Source: Klebsormidium nitens (lineage: Eukaryota; Plantae; Klebsormidiophyceae). Taken from it: DNA of 64,000 nucleotides. Position numbers and translations under genes: made by a program. Shown here piece by piece: positions 11,167-24,482 of this stretch. The notes beneath the pieces are model-generated. The model did not search any database, had not been told where the DNA came from, and saw only the letters and a list, made by a program, of their open reading frames with translations. Location of the stretch: positions 1 to 64,000 of the forward strand of contig DF237380.1 of the NCBI GenBank assembly GCA_000708835.1, read 5' to 3'. Position 1 is the stretch's first letter, and each line of letters begins with the position of its first letter.

Positions 11167-14130
11167 AAGATGAAACACTGTGCTTAAGACAAACAGAGAC
11201 ATACGAATTGTGCATGTTTGGAATGAACGAGACGTCTTTTCATTTAGGCTTTCTGTGCATGTGCCCATGTCTTAACTGCATTTGTTTGTACATGCAACGC
11301 TGCTAGGTGCCTCGTGACAACGTTTTACATGGTATACCCAAAACATCATATGGTGCAGATTGATATCTTGAGAGTATACATCACATTGCATGCTGCATTA
11401 GGCGGCATTTTGGCGCAATGGTCCTTGGTGACTAGTGCATGATAAACTACACGTGTGTATTAGGCGGTCTCGACTGGAAGGAACAAATGTCATGTTACAA
11501 GCCACTTGCAAAGCATGGAGTTTATAGAATATTTTGCGCCGTTAACCATTGAGTCGATCCAATACTATAAAGCAAGCGCCCTGATATGGCAAACGGAATA
11601 AGTAGACACAAAAGACTAGAGTTGGCAAATGTGATAAAATATTAGATCAGCAGACCTGGTGGAAACTGGAAAGGAGTGCAGGTGGGTCAAAGGCCTTTGG
11701 AGCTGGTATGTCGGTATGGACTGAAGTACGTACTCGATCGATCACCCACTCTGTTGGTACTTTGGGACAAGGCCGGATCTAGTTCTCAATCTTGAGTACG
11801 TGCCTTAACAGAACAACATATATCAGTTCTGAACTTAAGGGCAACCTTCTTTGGACAGCAAGCATTTGATGAAGTGCTCTGGATGCAATATCCTTACCGA
11901 GCGGTTGTAAATCAGCGCGGTAATGGCCAGAGCCCGGTTGGCGTTGACCACCATGTGTCCACCGTCTGGGGAGGCCTTTCGACCTAGTTCGATACTCTCA
12001 CAGAGTTTGGGTCCAGGGGGGCCGACCTGGCGACCTCTGATTAACCCCTTTTTATGCCGAACTTCATTTGGTTTGCTGGATTGCTGGGCTGCCAGGGGCA
12101 GAGCCGAACGTTTGGCAAAACGGGAGGACCCGGCAGATGCTAACCGAATATAGGCGGCTGGATGGCTCTATCGCCTATGGGATGGCCGTCCGAACACCGA
12201 GTGTGCCATCTACGGTCCAGGAAGACTTGGCAGTTCCCTAAGAGAATCGACGGCTTTCTGAATTCCGCGGCATTGCGTCATTGCGTGACCCCCAATTTTG
12301 AAGGTCGTGCTCTTGTAGGGTCTACCCTTGCTTTCAGCGTGACTCTGACGTCACTGGTTTGCAAAATCTGGGCCAAGGACAATTAAATTACACGTCTACG
12401 GTCTGGTCGAGCGACGAGGATCCTGGTTCCTAGGGCTCTAGGCTTAGCTGAGCTTGGCTCCGTTTAGGCCGGCCGCCGACCTGACGTACCTTCAGATTGA
12501 CGTACCTTCAGATAGGATATTGCCAGATCTAGCTTAGGTATTCTGACTTCTGTCACTCAGTCTGACCGAGGGTCCTACCTAGGGTAGGTAGAATGGCCCG
12601 CACCGATTATCTTACCAAATTCCAATCTTCGACCCGTGGTCCGTACGGCGTGCCACAGTGGCCCTGACTCCTGACCGTGGCCCGTGACGTACATGAGGTC
12701 GGCTAAGGTTTCGATCTCTGCCGTACGGTACGTGCATGTCAGTCACGGCAAGTCACCGTTGTTCAGTGTTCGCGCCGGCATGGGCGCCGGGGCGGCAAAT
12801 GACGGGGTTCGGGCCCCGCCGGATGCCGCCGGCGGTAGGCCCTGCACGGCCAGCATCGCGAAGTCGGCGTCAAACTTTGAAGTTGCCGCGGCCCGCCGCC
12901 GGCAGCCAATTGTAGGGTGCCGTGACTGCCGTCAATCTGAATCCGATTTATTCGGAGGCTCCCGGTCGAGCGTGACGTACGCAAGCACGGTATGTACTAT
13001 GCCACTATGTACTAGGTAGTTGGGTAAAATTATGACATATGTACGGTATGGTACCTACGGTACACTGTGCGCAAGGATACAGTACCTTTAATCCAGAGTA
13101 CGGTACACTCAAGTTTCAACATGCTCATGCGCGAACCAATCTCAGTGCTGGTTCTTGCATGGGAGGTGCCCTGCTTCTAGCTGCTTTTAGGACAGTCACT
13201 CAGTGAGTACCAGCTTGTTCTTCTGCCAATGCATGCAACTTGCATCATGAACCAATTTGCCGACGGCGAAAGCCTTACCAGTCAGGTAAAGGGATTCCAG
13301 CCTTCCAGCCGTAATCGCACAATCCCGCACTGATTTCCGAAAGTTGATGTTACAAGAAGTCTGTCAGAATCCAGCACTTGGAAAGTACACCTATGTCGGC
13401 ACGCGTGCATGGTAGACTGGTACCGTGATTACAGCCAGGGCCCAGAGGGCTGTGCGAGAGCTCATATGCACAACAAATTTGGCACGTTGGGCAAGGCACG
13501 GATTAATCGAGTCCGATTTGCTGTCCCTTTCGGCCCTCTTCCGGCCATTACGAACCTGTCAGAACAATATTCAGCATAGTACTACAACCGCGTCGGAGCC
13601 ATGTTCGTCCCAGGTTTTTTGCGGCTGTTTACCTACGACAATGGGATCCTGTATCTTTCTTGAGGTTATAAGAAGCTTCCAATGCAATCCCGATTGCACA
13701 GCCTTGGTGCGCGGGTCTTCCTCACCGCAAATGTATAAATTAAGAACCATGCAATCAGCTCAAAGATGAATGCAGGAAAGAGCTCCCGGACCTTCAACCA
13801 CTTTTTTCCTCCCAAAAGTAAGAGCTGAACCCCTGGCGCTGGCGCCATTACGGCCCCGCTCGTGCGCCCCCAGCTTGCTCTGCCAACGCGCGGCAGCGCC
13901 TCATGAGCTAAGACCTCTCCTCGTTTGTGTTGCTACTTCCAAGGTTGAATGTGCAAGTGTTGAGGAAAGTGCAGCAAGGCTGCGCACGCCAGGCGGGTTT
14001 GTGCGGAACCAATTGACTCTCAAAGGATTCTGCGCACCATTCCAAGCACAATTCTCAGTCCAAGCATAATATTCAAACTCCCCTCCACATTTTCCCCCAA
14101 GTCAGCACGGTTATTTTACTTCACGGGTTT

Positions 14131-14901
14131 GTGGGGCGCGGGAGGGCTGCCAACATGACCATGAGCACCGTGATGAGCTGCCTGGAAGGGTCCCCCCGGG
14201 GAAAGGCTGCCGGCTATTCCCCCGGCGCATTCCTCTCGTCCAGCCTTGCAGGGGGCAAGATTTTGCACCCCTCGGAGCTGCTCCTGAACTGGCCGGAGTC
14301 CTGGTACGTTGCCCCCCCCGACGAGGGAGAGGGGGAGGGTTGCGCCTGCATCGAGCCTGCGTGTAATGCGGGGGAGTGCTGTGACATCATCGGGTTGAAT
14401 CCGGAGGGGGGGGCTAAAGACGAGGACTGCAGCGAGGGGGGAGGCGAGTTTGAGAAGGAGGATCCTTCAGGGGGGGTCGTTGAGCCCGAGGAGGCCTGGG
14501 TGCTCGGCTGGACCGCAGACTGCCCCCCCCTCGAGGGGGAGCGCTGCGGGGTGTCTCAGGCCAGGCTTGGTTTCGGGGGGGGAGCTCTCCAGTGCCAGGC
14601 GAGCGTCCTCTTCCGCGCTCTGGTGAGCACTCGCGCGAGCATGCACTCCAAACTGCGCAGCCGACCGATAAGCGCGGTGGTCAGCGACTGGCAGATGAAG
14701 TGGAACTGGGACCTGGTTCTTGACAAGGTCAGCGAGCTCAATAAGCGCTGGGCGGAGCACAATGGGGGGGGGGCAAAGCGGGGGGGCGGGTCCCCCAGGG
14801 GGGGGGTTGTCGCGCAGTGGTGGAAAGGCGTCAGGAGGACCGAGGCGGGGGGGAAGCTTACCTGGCGGGTGCTTGCCAGCGGTAGCTGGGAAGTGTGGTG
14901 A
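14131..14901 (+). CDS. Unassigned single-exon 256-aa ORF (Gly/Glu/Cys/Trp-rich)
   Basis: Open for 256 codons with GC-rich third positions. No recognisable domain. A minus-strand frame shares the same third positions, so the coding strand is ambiguous. Confidence 0.25.
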   Translation: MGRGRAANMTMSTVMSCLEGSPRGKAAGYSPGAFLSSSLAGGKILHPSELLLNWPESWYVAPPDEGEGEGCACIEPACNAGECCDIIGLNPEGGAKDEDCSEGGGEFEKEDPSGGVVEPEEAWVLGWTADCPPLEGERCGVSQARLGFGGGALQCQASVLFRALVSTRASMHSKLRSRPISAVVSDWQMKWNWDLVLDKVSELNKRWAEHNGGGAKRGGGSPRGGVVAQWWKGVRRTEAGGKLTWRVLASGSWEVW

Positions 14902-17186
14902 TAGCTTATGGAGGTGGGGATAGCTTATGGTAGACTGAGTTTGGGAGTCCCCTTTGAAGGACGTCAAGCACGCACCTTGACTTGGTGGGGGCTTCTGTCG
15001 TTCCGTCAGAAGCACTCCAAGATTTTCTTCTGTCAGAAGTGTTGGAGGTGGGAAAGAGCCTGACTGAGGTGCATGGAGCTGGGAGGGGGTGCAAAATCAT
15101 CCTTGTGTGTTGCTTATTTGAGCGCAAAGGTGGTAATTAAGCGTTGAGAAAGAGCAGCGGAAGGAAACGCTACAGTCAAAGATTGAAGACGGTCTTCAGG
15201 GAGTCAGGTCGACACATGTACAATAGAAAGGTGCATAAAGGTTCATCCTTGAAGACAGGATAGTACTGCTAGTGTAATTGGATATCTCAGATTAGTCTTG
15301 ACAGCATAGCGGGTAGCTTTATCCATGTAAGAAGGTTCTTCTTGAATGCAAACTATTGTGGGCAGGTTTCCTTTTAAGAATAGTCGATCAGAGTGAAAGA
15401 ACTTATATGGTGTATGAAATGGAACTAGCGAGATCAAGTCCGGGGACTTGACCTCCACCAGCGTCAGACTTCACCGAGGTAGCTGGAACATGACAGTTTG
15501 TCTAGATAGCGTTGACGGTTTGAAGATGATTGCTAGGTTAATCTAATCGCTTCTATTTGGTCCTTCAGAAGTGCTATTGACCTTAGCTTTTATAAAAGCC
15601 AGATAACGACCAAAGGCCAAATATTGAAATTGTTACAACGCTTGTGACGCGGCCGTCTTTGACATCGACTTGTTGTGGTGATTGTAGAATGTGAAATACT
15701 GGTCGTCACTCACACAAGAGGCTCAGATTATATCAATATCAGATTATATGTTGAATTCTGGATATAGCTGATCTAGCTGGCTGCGTATGGTAGCTTTTGG
15801 CATAGATGCAACATTGTGAACCATGGCGGTATCTGGAGCAACGTCTGGTTCCGCTCGCGAGCTCATTGTTATTGATAGCATGTCGTTGAGATTGGCCCGG
15901 AGCTAGCTTCACCTGCGCTGGTATTATAACGCAGTGGATCCTCCAGTGAAACAATAGAAGACGTGCCGAGCTCACACAACGTACAATCTGCAAATTGTCA
16001 CTGCGTTTGCGTGGACTGCGTCACTCAGACCGGACTGACAAATCCATTAAGAAGTTTCATTCATGGCTGCGCGCGTGGCAGCGTAGTCCGACTGCTTCGA
16101 GTATGCTACTGTTCAACTTATATATGCAACGTGGCTTTGCCCCGGCTTTGCCAGCTGGCAAGGCGGCCAGCCACTGGCACAAGAGACCTCTTACCGTCTA
16201 TTAGTCAATAATCGTTGATTTCACCCACACAGGCTTCGGTATCCGCTCAAATATCATCCGCCTGAACTGAACCGCGGCTTCTTGCTAGTGATATGCAGCC
16301 CTTTGGTCACACAGGTGCTCGTCACTTTGCAAGAATAGGTATTTGAATGGTCCTGGTCATGATCAGGAGATTGCAGCTCTCTTTTAACTCGTCCCTAGCT
16401 GTATCGAAGCCGCGAGAGTACCGCCTGCCCATATCACGGCGGAAAAAAAGCAATCCTGAGCAGCGCAAGAGTCGAGTGAGACAACTCCCCCCCCAAATGT
16501 ATAAACACAGTCCTGCTACTCAGCAACAATGGGAAGCCGCCTTTCATATTCTACAACTGCCAGCACGCAGATCCCCGGTAGGAGCCTGATCATAATTGCA
16601 CCATACGTACGTATATCTATCTGTCTGCGGTGCCGCAAACCATTGTTTTACAACAAAGCGAGACCGTGTCAGCCCTGCGTCTTAGAATCTTAGCGCGGCG
16701 TTTTAGTTTCTCAGTGCTAGAGATTTTCTTTACCCAGTCGTCCAGTGACGCTCGATCAGAGCTGTCAGTAGTTGTGCTCGGCGCACTTGCTGACAAGAAG
16801 CCGTTGTGCAAAGCAGTCCTTTTCTAAGTAGTGCTATCTTCCTACCGTACAAACATCCTAAGCTTTTGGGCAGCTTCGCCCGCTCCTGTGTCGACTCCGA
16901 GCCCCCGGCAGCGCGCGGTAAAAGCTGACACCGGAGCAAGTCGAAACCGGTGCTTGGAAACAGTTCATCGTACTAGGCCAGTGATAATAGCAAACTCAAA
17001 AACACCCATCTAGTATTACATCCTACGTTAGTGCTAGCGTAAATACAGCGTGCCATAAGCAGTTTCAACCCCTCAGTCGAGCGGTTGAACCAGTTTCCAT
17101 GTTATTGCTGCGCGTGTTCTGAGAAGCCAAAGTTCGCAAAGCTGCCCTTGCTTGCCCCGCTTATCCCTCCAACCGAAGACCCGATT

Positions 17187-20100
17187 CTACATCCCGGGCG
17201 GTAGGGTTTGACAGCTGTGCGGGCCGCACTGCGCGGCGTGCGGCGTGGTGAAGAACCGGGTCAGCGCGCCGCACACGAGCGACATGGCGGCCGCGGTGAT
17301 GCCGACCGGTATCAGGGGGATCCCCCGCCAGAGGAACGTGCTCTCCTTCGCTGCACGAGAGAAAGGACGGGCACTTTGCTTTCTGACGTCACGACCTTCG
17401 TTGGCTCACGATGAAGAACCAGGAGGCTGCCGACGGGTAATCTCTTCCACTGAGAGCGGAGTTTGCCTATTTCCAACATCCGGGATTCGAAAAGCAACCC
17501 TCCACTTTTACATATGGCGGAGAATCGGATCAGGGGCTAAGATCCATAGCCTGTGACTTTCTTGACGGAGCCGCTTTTGAGGATGCTGAACCTCCAAAGA
17601 AGGGGTCCTGTTGTGTCAGACCTACTGTACATTTTCTCGAGCCACGTCCTTTGTGGGCAGAAACCCCCATGCCCTTCTCATCACTAGATTTGCACGGGTT
17701 CGAGTCCGAAGCAGCCGCTGAGGTGCTGTCCTGAGGGCCATTTCCCATACCGACGGAACCACTTTCCTAACAAGTTCAGTCGGTTTCAAGCCCGGTTAAT
17801 TATCTAGCTGAAGTTAGTCAGGCCGGGGTTAGGATTTGCACCCAGCGGTTAGCCGAACCAGCACCGCAACGACGCCGCGTTGTGGGGCGACCTGGACGGG
17901 TCATCTTAACCTTGTCGGTTTGTGTGCGAAATCCCAATTCTCTGATTAGCAGGTCGGTTCACTCAAGGGACAGAAACCCACCGGTTAGCCGGACCAGGCC
18001 CATGACGACGCCGCTTCAATGGCTGACCTGGACGTCTTCTTAACCTTGTCGTTCCCAAGATTTTGATTAGCAGGCCGTTTTTCTCAAATCGAGGTTAGGA
18101 ACGGAAACTCACCGTTTAGCCGGACCAGGCCCACGACGACGCCGCTGAGGAGGCCGCCGACGTGCGACCAGACGGAGACGAACATCTGGGCGCCTGCGGA
18201 CGCGTCCAACATGCCCATCACCTGCGCCCATGCGTCCGAATGTCAGGGAAGCGAACGTAAAAGCAGTACGTGCGAATCCAAGGACATGCGAACGGGTTGA
18301 AGGACGGTGCGTCCGGAAGGCTGGAAGGAGCGTCCGAAGCTGCGAACAACGCGTCCGAAGAGAACTACGCCTGCGGCTAGGTCGGGAACGGTGCGTCCAA
18401 TGGTAAAGTGGTTCGATCCGTTTTGTAAAACGACGTGTCCGGGTTATGGCGAGGGTTTGGTCCAGATAGAAGAACCGTGCAACAGAAACCTCAAAGCAGG
18501 AAGAGGCGCAGGCAGGAGCAGCGGGAGAGAGGCACGAGCGTTCAGCAGTAGCAAGGATAGGTTTGCTTTGGGAGCTGTCCGTAGGTATCATTCGTACGAG
18601 AGAACGTCCGAATTGAAGAAAGGTGTTGGAGGCGGTGACGAGTGTCAAAATCGATACGAAGGGTTGTCGCATGAGAAAGGAGCGTCTCTGATGGGGAGGT
18701 CACTTTCAAAGTTCAAAACCCAAAAGTTTGAAGAGACACTGCCACGAAGTGTTTGGCAAAACGTCTTTTCACGGAAGATGAATTCAGGAAAGGCAAAGAG
18801 ATTGTCTGACCACTCGCCTAGATGATTACCGAGCTATATATTTGAAACCCAATATGTGAAACGAAGCGTTGGGGAGTTTGTTTGTAGTAACTTCTGACCT
18901 TATTCCAGTGAGGGATAGGTTTGCCGCTGGGGACAGCAGCGGAACTGAAAATAATAACGGATTCATTTGACCCAGTCTCACCGGTCAGAGTGTAAAGTAC
19001 GTGGTAAATGAGATACTGACAGAACGAAAAACTCTGCCTGTGCGTTTGCGCCCCTTGAGAAGCTCACCACAACACACAAGCCCGCGGCCGCGAGCGTCGC
19101 CCCGTACGCCGCCCAGGCCGGCGCGCGCGCGGCCGCGAAAGCGCGCGCGCGCGGGAGCTCCACGAGGAGCATGCCCGCGGCGCCGACGACGAGGCCCGCG
19201 GCGCCGGCCGCGGTGCAGCAGCGGCTGTCCGCGACCGCGCCCACCAGACAGGAGCCGAACGTGATCTGAAGGAAAAATGACGGGCAGGGGGGTGATTTTG
19301 CAGTTACTCTGACCCCCCATGCACGAAGTGTGCTGCTTTGATTGCTGAGAGCTGTTGGGCTCAGGAACACGGATGCTGCCCACCAGACAGGAGCCGAACG
19401 TGATCTGGGGGAAAAACGAAGCCCGTGTCTGAAGAGAGTATTCACACCGCCTCTTTCCTGTGGTGATGGGTGCTCTCTTCACATCCGTCATCCACGTCAT
19501 CCAACGAGCGGGGGTTGGAAACTCTTGTTACTTTGACCCCGTACTCACGAAGTGGGCTGCTTTGATTGTTGAGGGCTGTTGGGCTTAGGAACACGGATGC
19601 TGCCCTCCACACCGGAGCCGATGTGAATTGGGTAAAAACGACAGGCAGGGGGGGTGGATTTGCTGGTCCTTTCTCCCCCCCGACTTCAAGATTGCGTTGG
19701 ATGTGAAGGAGTTTTGGAATCAAGAACGCAGCTGCTGTCAACAGGACAGGAGCCGAACGTGATCTAGGAAAAACGACGGGCAGGGGGTAAATTTCGCTGG
19801 TGCTTTCGGCCCCTCACTACGACTTGATTTTGTCCTTTAGAAGGTTCCGGGTCAGGAACGCAAGTGCTGCATATGGAACAGGAGGCGTAACGTGATTTGA
19901 GGGGACACGACGGGCAGGGGGGTCGATTGGCTGTTTTTGACCCCCACTGCAGTGTGCCGCTTGGGCATTGCGGAAGTTCGGGGTAAGAAAATTACGTGCC
20001 GCAAACGGAACGCATCGCAGAGAAACGAGGTCAGATGGAAATCCATTCCCACGAGTCCCGGGGTTGACCGCATACTCCAACGAATTCTCGAAAGCCCGTC

Positions 20101-23100
20101 TCCTTGCCACTGCTTGGGAAAGCGACCGGTCAAAACGTACCGGGCAGGAGCGGTACGTACCAGGAGGGAGCTAAAAGCCGCGACGGCGGTGTCGCAGCGC
20201 GTCTCCAGAAGCGACAGCACGAGCACCAGGGGGATTGCCATGGCGGCCAGGTGGAGCAATCTGCGCTCGGGATTGTGCCACGTGTCATAACTTGCGGCGT
20301 CTGTGCTCTTCAAACCTTTGCAAAAGACAGCGGATGCTAAAATTGGAAGCATGAAACAAATGGCTCTCAACAAATAGGTCTGACTTTGAATTGCTATCGG
20401 TAGAAAGGAGAATGGACGGCTCTTCAAGCTTTTTCCCTTCGCAGATTCCTAGCGAGGGGTTTATAACAGAGACGTCTCTCCGTCAACCGCGGCCCTTCTG
20501 GCGCCGAGAAGCTAATTGAACTTTCCGAGGTCTGGCAAGGTGACAGAGCCTTTTTTCCGAAGCTTTCATCCAGTTATCATTTGATGTCCAGGGATCCGCA
20601 AGAGCTTTCCAGGTACTTCTATCACGGGAGACGGAAATGAGAAAGTTCAAGGGCATGTGGTTACCTGGTGTGAATGAGCACCGGGGACACCCACCGCCAC
20701 CATTCTCCAGCCATCGCGGCCACGCCGTATCTGCATTCACACCGGAGCGCGTTTCACGTATTGTGATTCAATTGGCCGGCGAGTTAATCGCGGCGTCGAA
20801 GAGTGCAAACGCCTTCGCAGATCTTAAGAGTACGGATTCCAGGAGATTTCCACGCCCTTACTCTTGTGTTAGCAACTGTATTTACGAGGGGAAGCGTTTG
20901 CATTTCAGGTATTAGGGCTTTGGAAGAAGACGAAGAGGGTTAAGCCGAAGGTCATAAGCGCTCACCGCACGCCCTACTGCTGTACAAACTGCACGCTGAA
21001 GCAGCGCTCTAAGATTAGATTTCTCAGACTTCCAGATTGTCTAGATTGTCTAGATCTCGAGTTAAAAGGTCCGATTGTTGGTGAAGGATTCCGCGTTTGC
21101 TGGAATTCAAATTTAACCCACTCCAAATCTTCGAAACATTGAAGGGTTACGTTGAGAGTTACAAGAGCTCACCCCGCGCCCCACTGCTGCAGGAACTGCG
21201 CGCTGAACGGCTCGTAGCAGCGCCTCCAAACCAGAATTTGTCGGATTTACGTCTAGCTAGCTACGAACTGTCTTTCTGGAAAATCAAAAACAAAATATTG
21301 AATCTTATAAGCGCTCACCGCGCGCCCCACTGCTGCAGAAACTGCACGCTGAACGGCTCGTCCTGTATCAGCGCGTCGACGAGCGTGCCCGGCCCCCACT
21401 TGCAGTTCTGGCTCAGGTAGGGGGATCCCTTGAACCCCGGCAGGCACGCGCGCTGCTGCGTGCCGCGGTACTGCGCCGCCATCGCCACGTGGACGCACAC
21501 GAGCGCCCAGAACATGAACTGCGCGCGAGCGACTTCCACGTGTCAGGAAGTCAGTGGGCGGATGGAAATGGTTGGCGGGACAGTTGAAAAAGGGTTGGAT
21601 CGCGAGTATGAAGAGAGAAGGCACCTTAGGATACTGTCAGCTTCGTTAGACGCTCCTACTTTGCAACGACGATTCGCAAAAGTAGGGGGATTTTCACGAT
21701 GGAGTCAAGATACTGTCACATTCTGCCGAGGGCGTTCGCTTCTTTTCAATTGTGGAACAAGCATCTTGATCTGTGCCTTGACTTTCATCTTTGGTTTGCG
21801 GCGAACCGAGATGACGATCCCTCAGCCCCCTTTTCAAGTTTCACGTGGACCACCCTTTGCTTTATCCCTGGTCTGACGTCAGCGTCTGACGGCAGACATT
21901 CTCACCCACGTAAAGCTGAGGCGACCCTTCAACACCTCCGTCGCATCTCCCGCAACTTCTAGAGCTTCTGCCCACAGCTCACGGAAGAACCCTCGCCGGG
22001 ATATCCGGAACGGTAACCCGGTCGACTCCTTGGAGGGAGTGTCAAGACCTTCAGGGGCCAGCTGAGAGATCTCCATTGACACCATCTTTTCCGGGTCGCC
22101 GATGCTGCTGACGGAGCTCCGCCGCCGGGAGCCGTTCGGAGAGCCGCTCATCTTCAGCATGTGTCGTATTCTGCATGGGGACATGATCAGCGGTTTATCT
22201 ACTCCGGAGCGTGCTTGTTAAATCTTCATGGATGTCACTTATGACCACAAAAATGAGTTGGCGGACCTTCCTGCAGAAGAAGCTCTAATCGAGCCCCTAC
22301 GATCTACCGTAAGCTGTAGAGATGCTTGCTTACGTTACTGGTATGCCTTGTTAGATAAACCCGGCCAGTCTCATGTTCAAAAGACTAGGCCTAATCAAGG
22401 CTGTGGAAGCTTCCATCCTGAGTCCATCCGTTCAAGAACACTTACGGAACATGCTTAGTATCCTTTCGTTGCCTTCACCTCTGAGGCAGGGACTGTTCCT
22501 TCCGGGTGTGTCCGGCGCCGAACATTCCTGAGGAGTGTCCGGAGCCACCGAGGAGGGTTTTATGGGTGCAAGGTCTAGTGTTCCATAGTTCTGGGGTTCG
22601 AGAGACTGGCGCTCGACCAGACGAAACATGCAATGCTTTTTCTTTCGCTATGATTACCTGTCAAGACGTGGGCTGTTTCTTCCGGGCGTGCCGGGCCCGG
22701 GACTGTCTTGCGGTGTGTCTGGAGCCACCGACGAGTAGGGCCGCATCAACGCCCCGGGGTCGTACCCCGGTCCCTCTCTTCGTGGACCTTCGTTCTTCCG
22801 GCCTGTTCCACCAAGAAGTGGTTTTAACTTGTCTATGACTGAATAGGCGAACGCCATGGGTATGTTTTGACCGAAATTCGGCTATCTCAGGCCGAGCGGA
22901 TGTCACGCAAGAAAAGTTCAACAAATGCACGCATGCGCGAAAGCTTGGGGATAATCATTTGACCTAGAAGGGTCTCTGGTGCGACTCGCTGCGGGTTCAA
23001 GCGCCACGTGGCAGCATATCCGCTTTGGTCGTAATGTAGATCCCGACGCTCCCTTCCGTTCCAAGAACGGAGAGCCTGATACCCAGTAGTTGGACAAATT

Positions 23101-24482
23101 GCACACAAGCGTCAGCTCCTTCATCCTCCCTTAGGTTGTCATAGAATCTTTCCAAAGGTGCCTCTCAAGCCCTGAGCTGCGACCGAAGTTGCAGCTTTAA
23201 GGGGAACCGCGTGATATACGATCGAACGCAGGTTGCCTAACCTAACCTCACCTTTTGCCCCCCCGTGTTGCCGCCCCAACCGCAGCATCGCAACCGGACC
23301 CCTCGACGGCCGCCGCCCCCTCCCTTCCCCCCACCGACCCGTTCGTTCCCTTTCTTTAGAATCCATCCCCTTCTCCTCCTCGCCTCTCTCCACATCGCTG
23401 TCCCCATTCTCTGTAATGCTCACCAGCGCCCGCGGCCCGGGGAGACTCTTCTGCTTCTTTAGGCGTCCCGTCCTGCCATTCTGCCCCGGCTGGTCTTCAA
23501 AAGATTCTTCCCGGCCGCTCGGTTCGTGGTCAGTGTGCCTCCGGTGACTGAACGGACTGGTTCCGGGCTGGACGGACTCCCAAGAAACGGTCCCGTCGTT
23601 GACCGTGAACGCGCGGCGGCCACGTGCCCGGCCCGGTTTCACGGAGGGGCTGCAATTTGAGAGGAGCGGAATCCTTGCAACCCAGAATCATATGAGTTGC
23701 ATTCGGTCGAATGATTCATAGTGGAGGCGCCTGAAGCAATGGTTTATGGGGGAAAGCTTCCTTCAACTAGGACACGTTTTTCGAGAATGTTTCTGCGTCA
23801 TGTGCGAAGCCAACATTCAACCGTGATTGCGGTGGTGCCACAGATGGTGCTGGGTGCTCCGTAAAGCCGATACGCCCTTGATTAGAAGAGGTTTTAGATC
23901 TGAGATTCGCATGACAAGAAAGCTCAAGTTGTGTTCTCTGAAAAGTTCTGCCTTGACCACCAGTGATGGTAGCTGTTTGCTCTGCTTACAGTTATCTTGA
24001 CCCGCCCCTTCACAGCTAACACCCCCCTCTTTCCCTTTCATTCTCACAAATAAGGGTCTGGAAACCACTGGCACAGATCCAAAGCTGACCCGTTTGCAGC
24101 AGCCACCGGACAACCCATCGACCCGAAATGCGGCTACGCACCTTCTAATCATCCGCAACTTCAGCAACCTAAGTCAGAGGAGAAACCCTCGCAACGCTCA
24201 CCTGTTACCGCTGCCTTCTCCTGTGGAACCCCCGGTTGAAACCCTCCTCCTTCCGGGGGCTTCCGGGCTGGGCTCTTCCTGCCCCCCCTCAGAAGCTGTA
24301 GGCGAAGAAACCCTTATTGAAGACAGCCGGCGAATACGGCCAAGGTCCGAATGGAGGATTGCATCCACTGTGGGGGGGTCCACAGGCAGGGAGGGGGGGG
24401 AGAGGGGAGTGGAGGTTCCGTCCAGGGGGTGGAGCGTGCTGGTTGGGGTGGAGCTCTGCGGCCCCCCCTCCGCAAAATCCAT
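17187..24482 (-). CDS. Rhomboid-like intramembrane pseudoprotease with long Ser/Pro/Gly-rich N-terminal region, 10 exons
   Basis: Phase-consistent exons: 24482-~24203, ~23654-~23254, ~22841-~22657, ~22167-21906, 21518-~21318, ~20730-~20665, ~20258-~20160, 19265-19068, ~18215-~18113, ~17350-17187. Rhomboid motifs: LQQWGARYG...GEWWRWVSPVLIH..LLHL, AAGAAGLVVGAAGMLLVEL (aligns to SVGASGALFGLLGAMLSEL) and WSHVGGLLSG (aligns to AHIGGFLxG). Confidence 0.8.
17830..18170 (-). repeat. Three tandem ~135-140 bp units containing the 3' end of rhomboid exon 9 plus its donor
   Basis: Real junction at 18101-18150 (actcaccgtttagccggaccaggcccacgacgacgccgc). Echoes at ~17975-18020 (acccaccggttagccggaccaggcccatgacgacgccgc) and ~17840-17885. 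Confidence 0.85.
19240..19930 (-). repeat. Tandem decayed copies of the acceptor plus first ~25 nt of rhomboid exon 8
   Basis: Motif ccaccagacaggagccgaacgtgatct(g)...aaaa(a)tgacgggcagggg at the real junction (19240-19290), repeated at ~19380-19410, ~19605-19650, ~19740-19790 and ~19875-19920. Confidence 0.85.
20950..21365 (-). repeat. Two intronic echoes of the 3' end of rhomboid exon 5 plus donor
   Basis: Real junction 21308-21360 (taagcgctcaccgcgcgccccactgctgcagaaactgcacgctgaacggctcg). Echoes at 21161-21215 and 20955-21002. Confidence 0.85.

Noticed and set aside
15240-16940. Short ORFs (e.g. 16617-16811, 15243-15458) as exons of a further gene
   Set aside because: No recognisable motifs, and no phase-consistent exon chain could be built.
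19068-19265. EamA/DMT transporter call for the hydrophobic exon GLVVGAAGMLLVELP
   Set aside because: The phase-linked neighbouring exons give GEWWR, HxxxxH and SHVGG, which fit a rhomboid far better.
17830-19930. CRISPR-like array suggested by regularly spaced repeats
   Set aside because: Units are long, diverged and derived from exon boundaries. There are no unique spacers or cas genes, and the context is eukaryotic.
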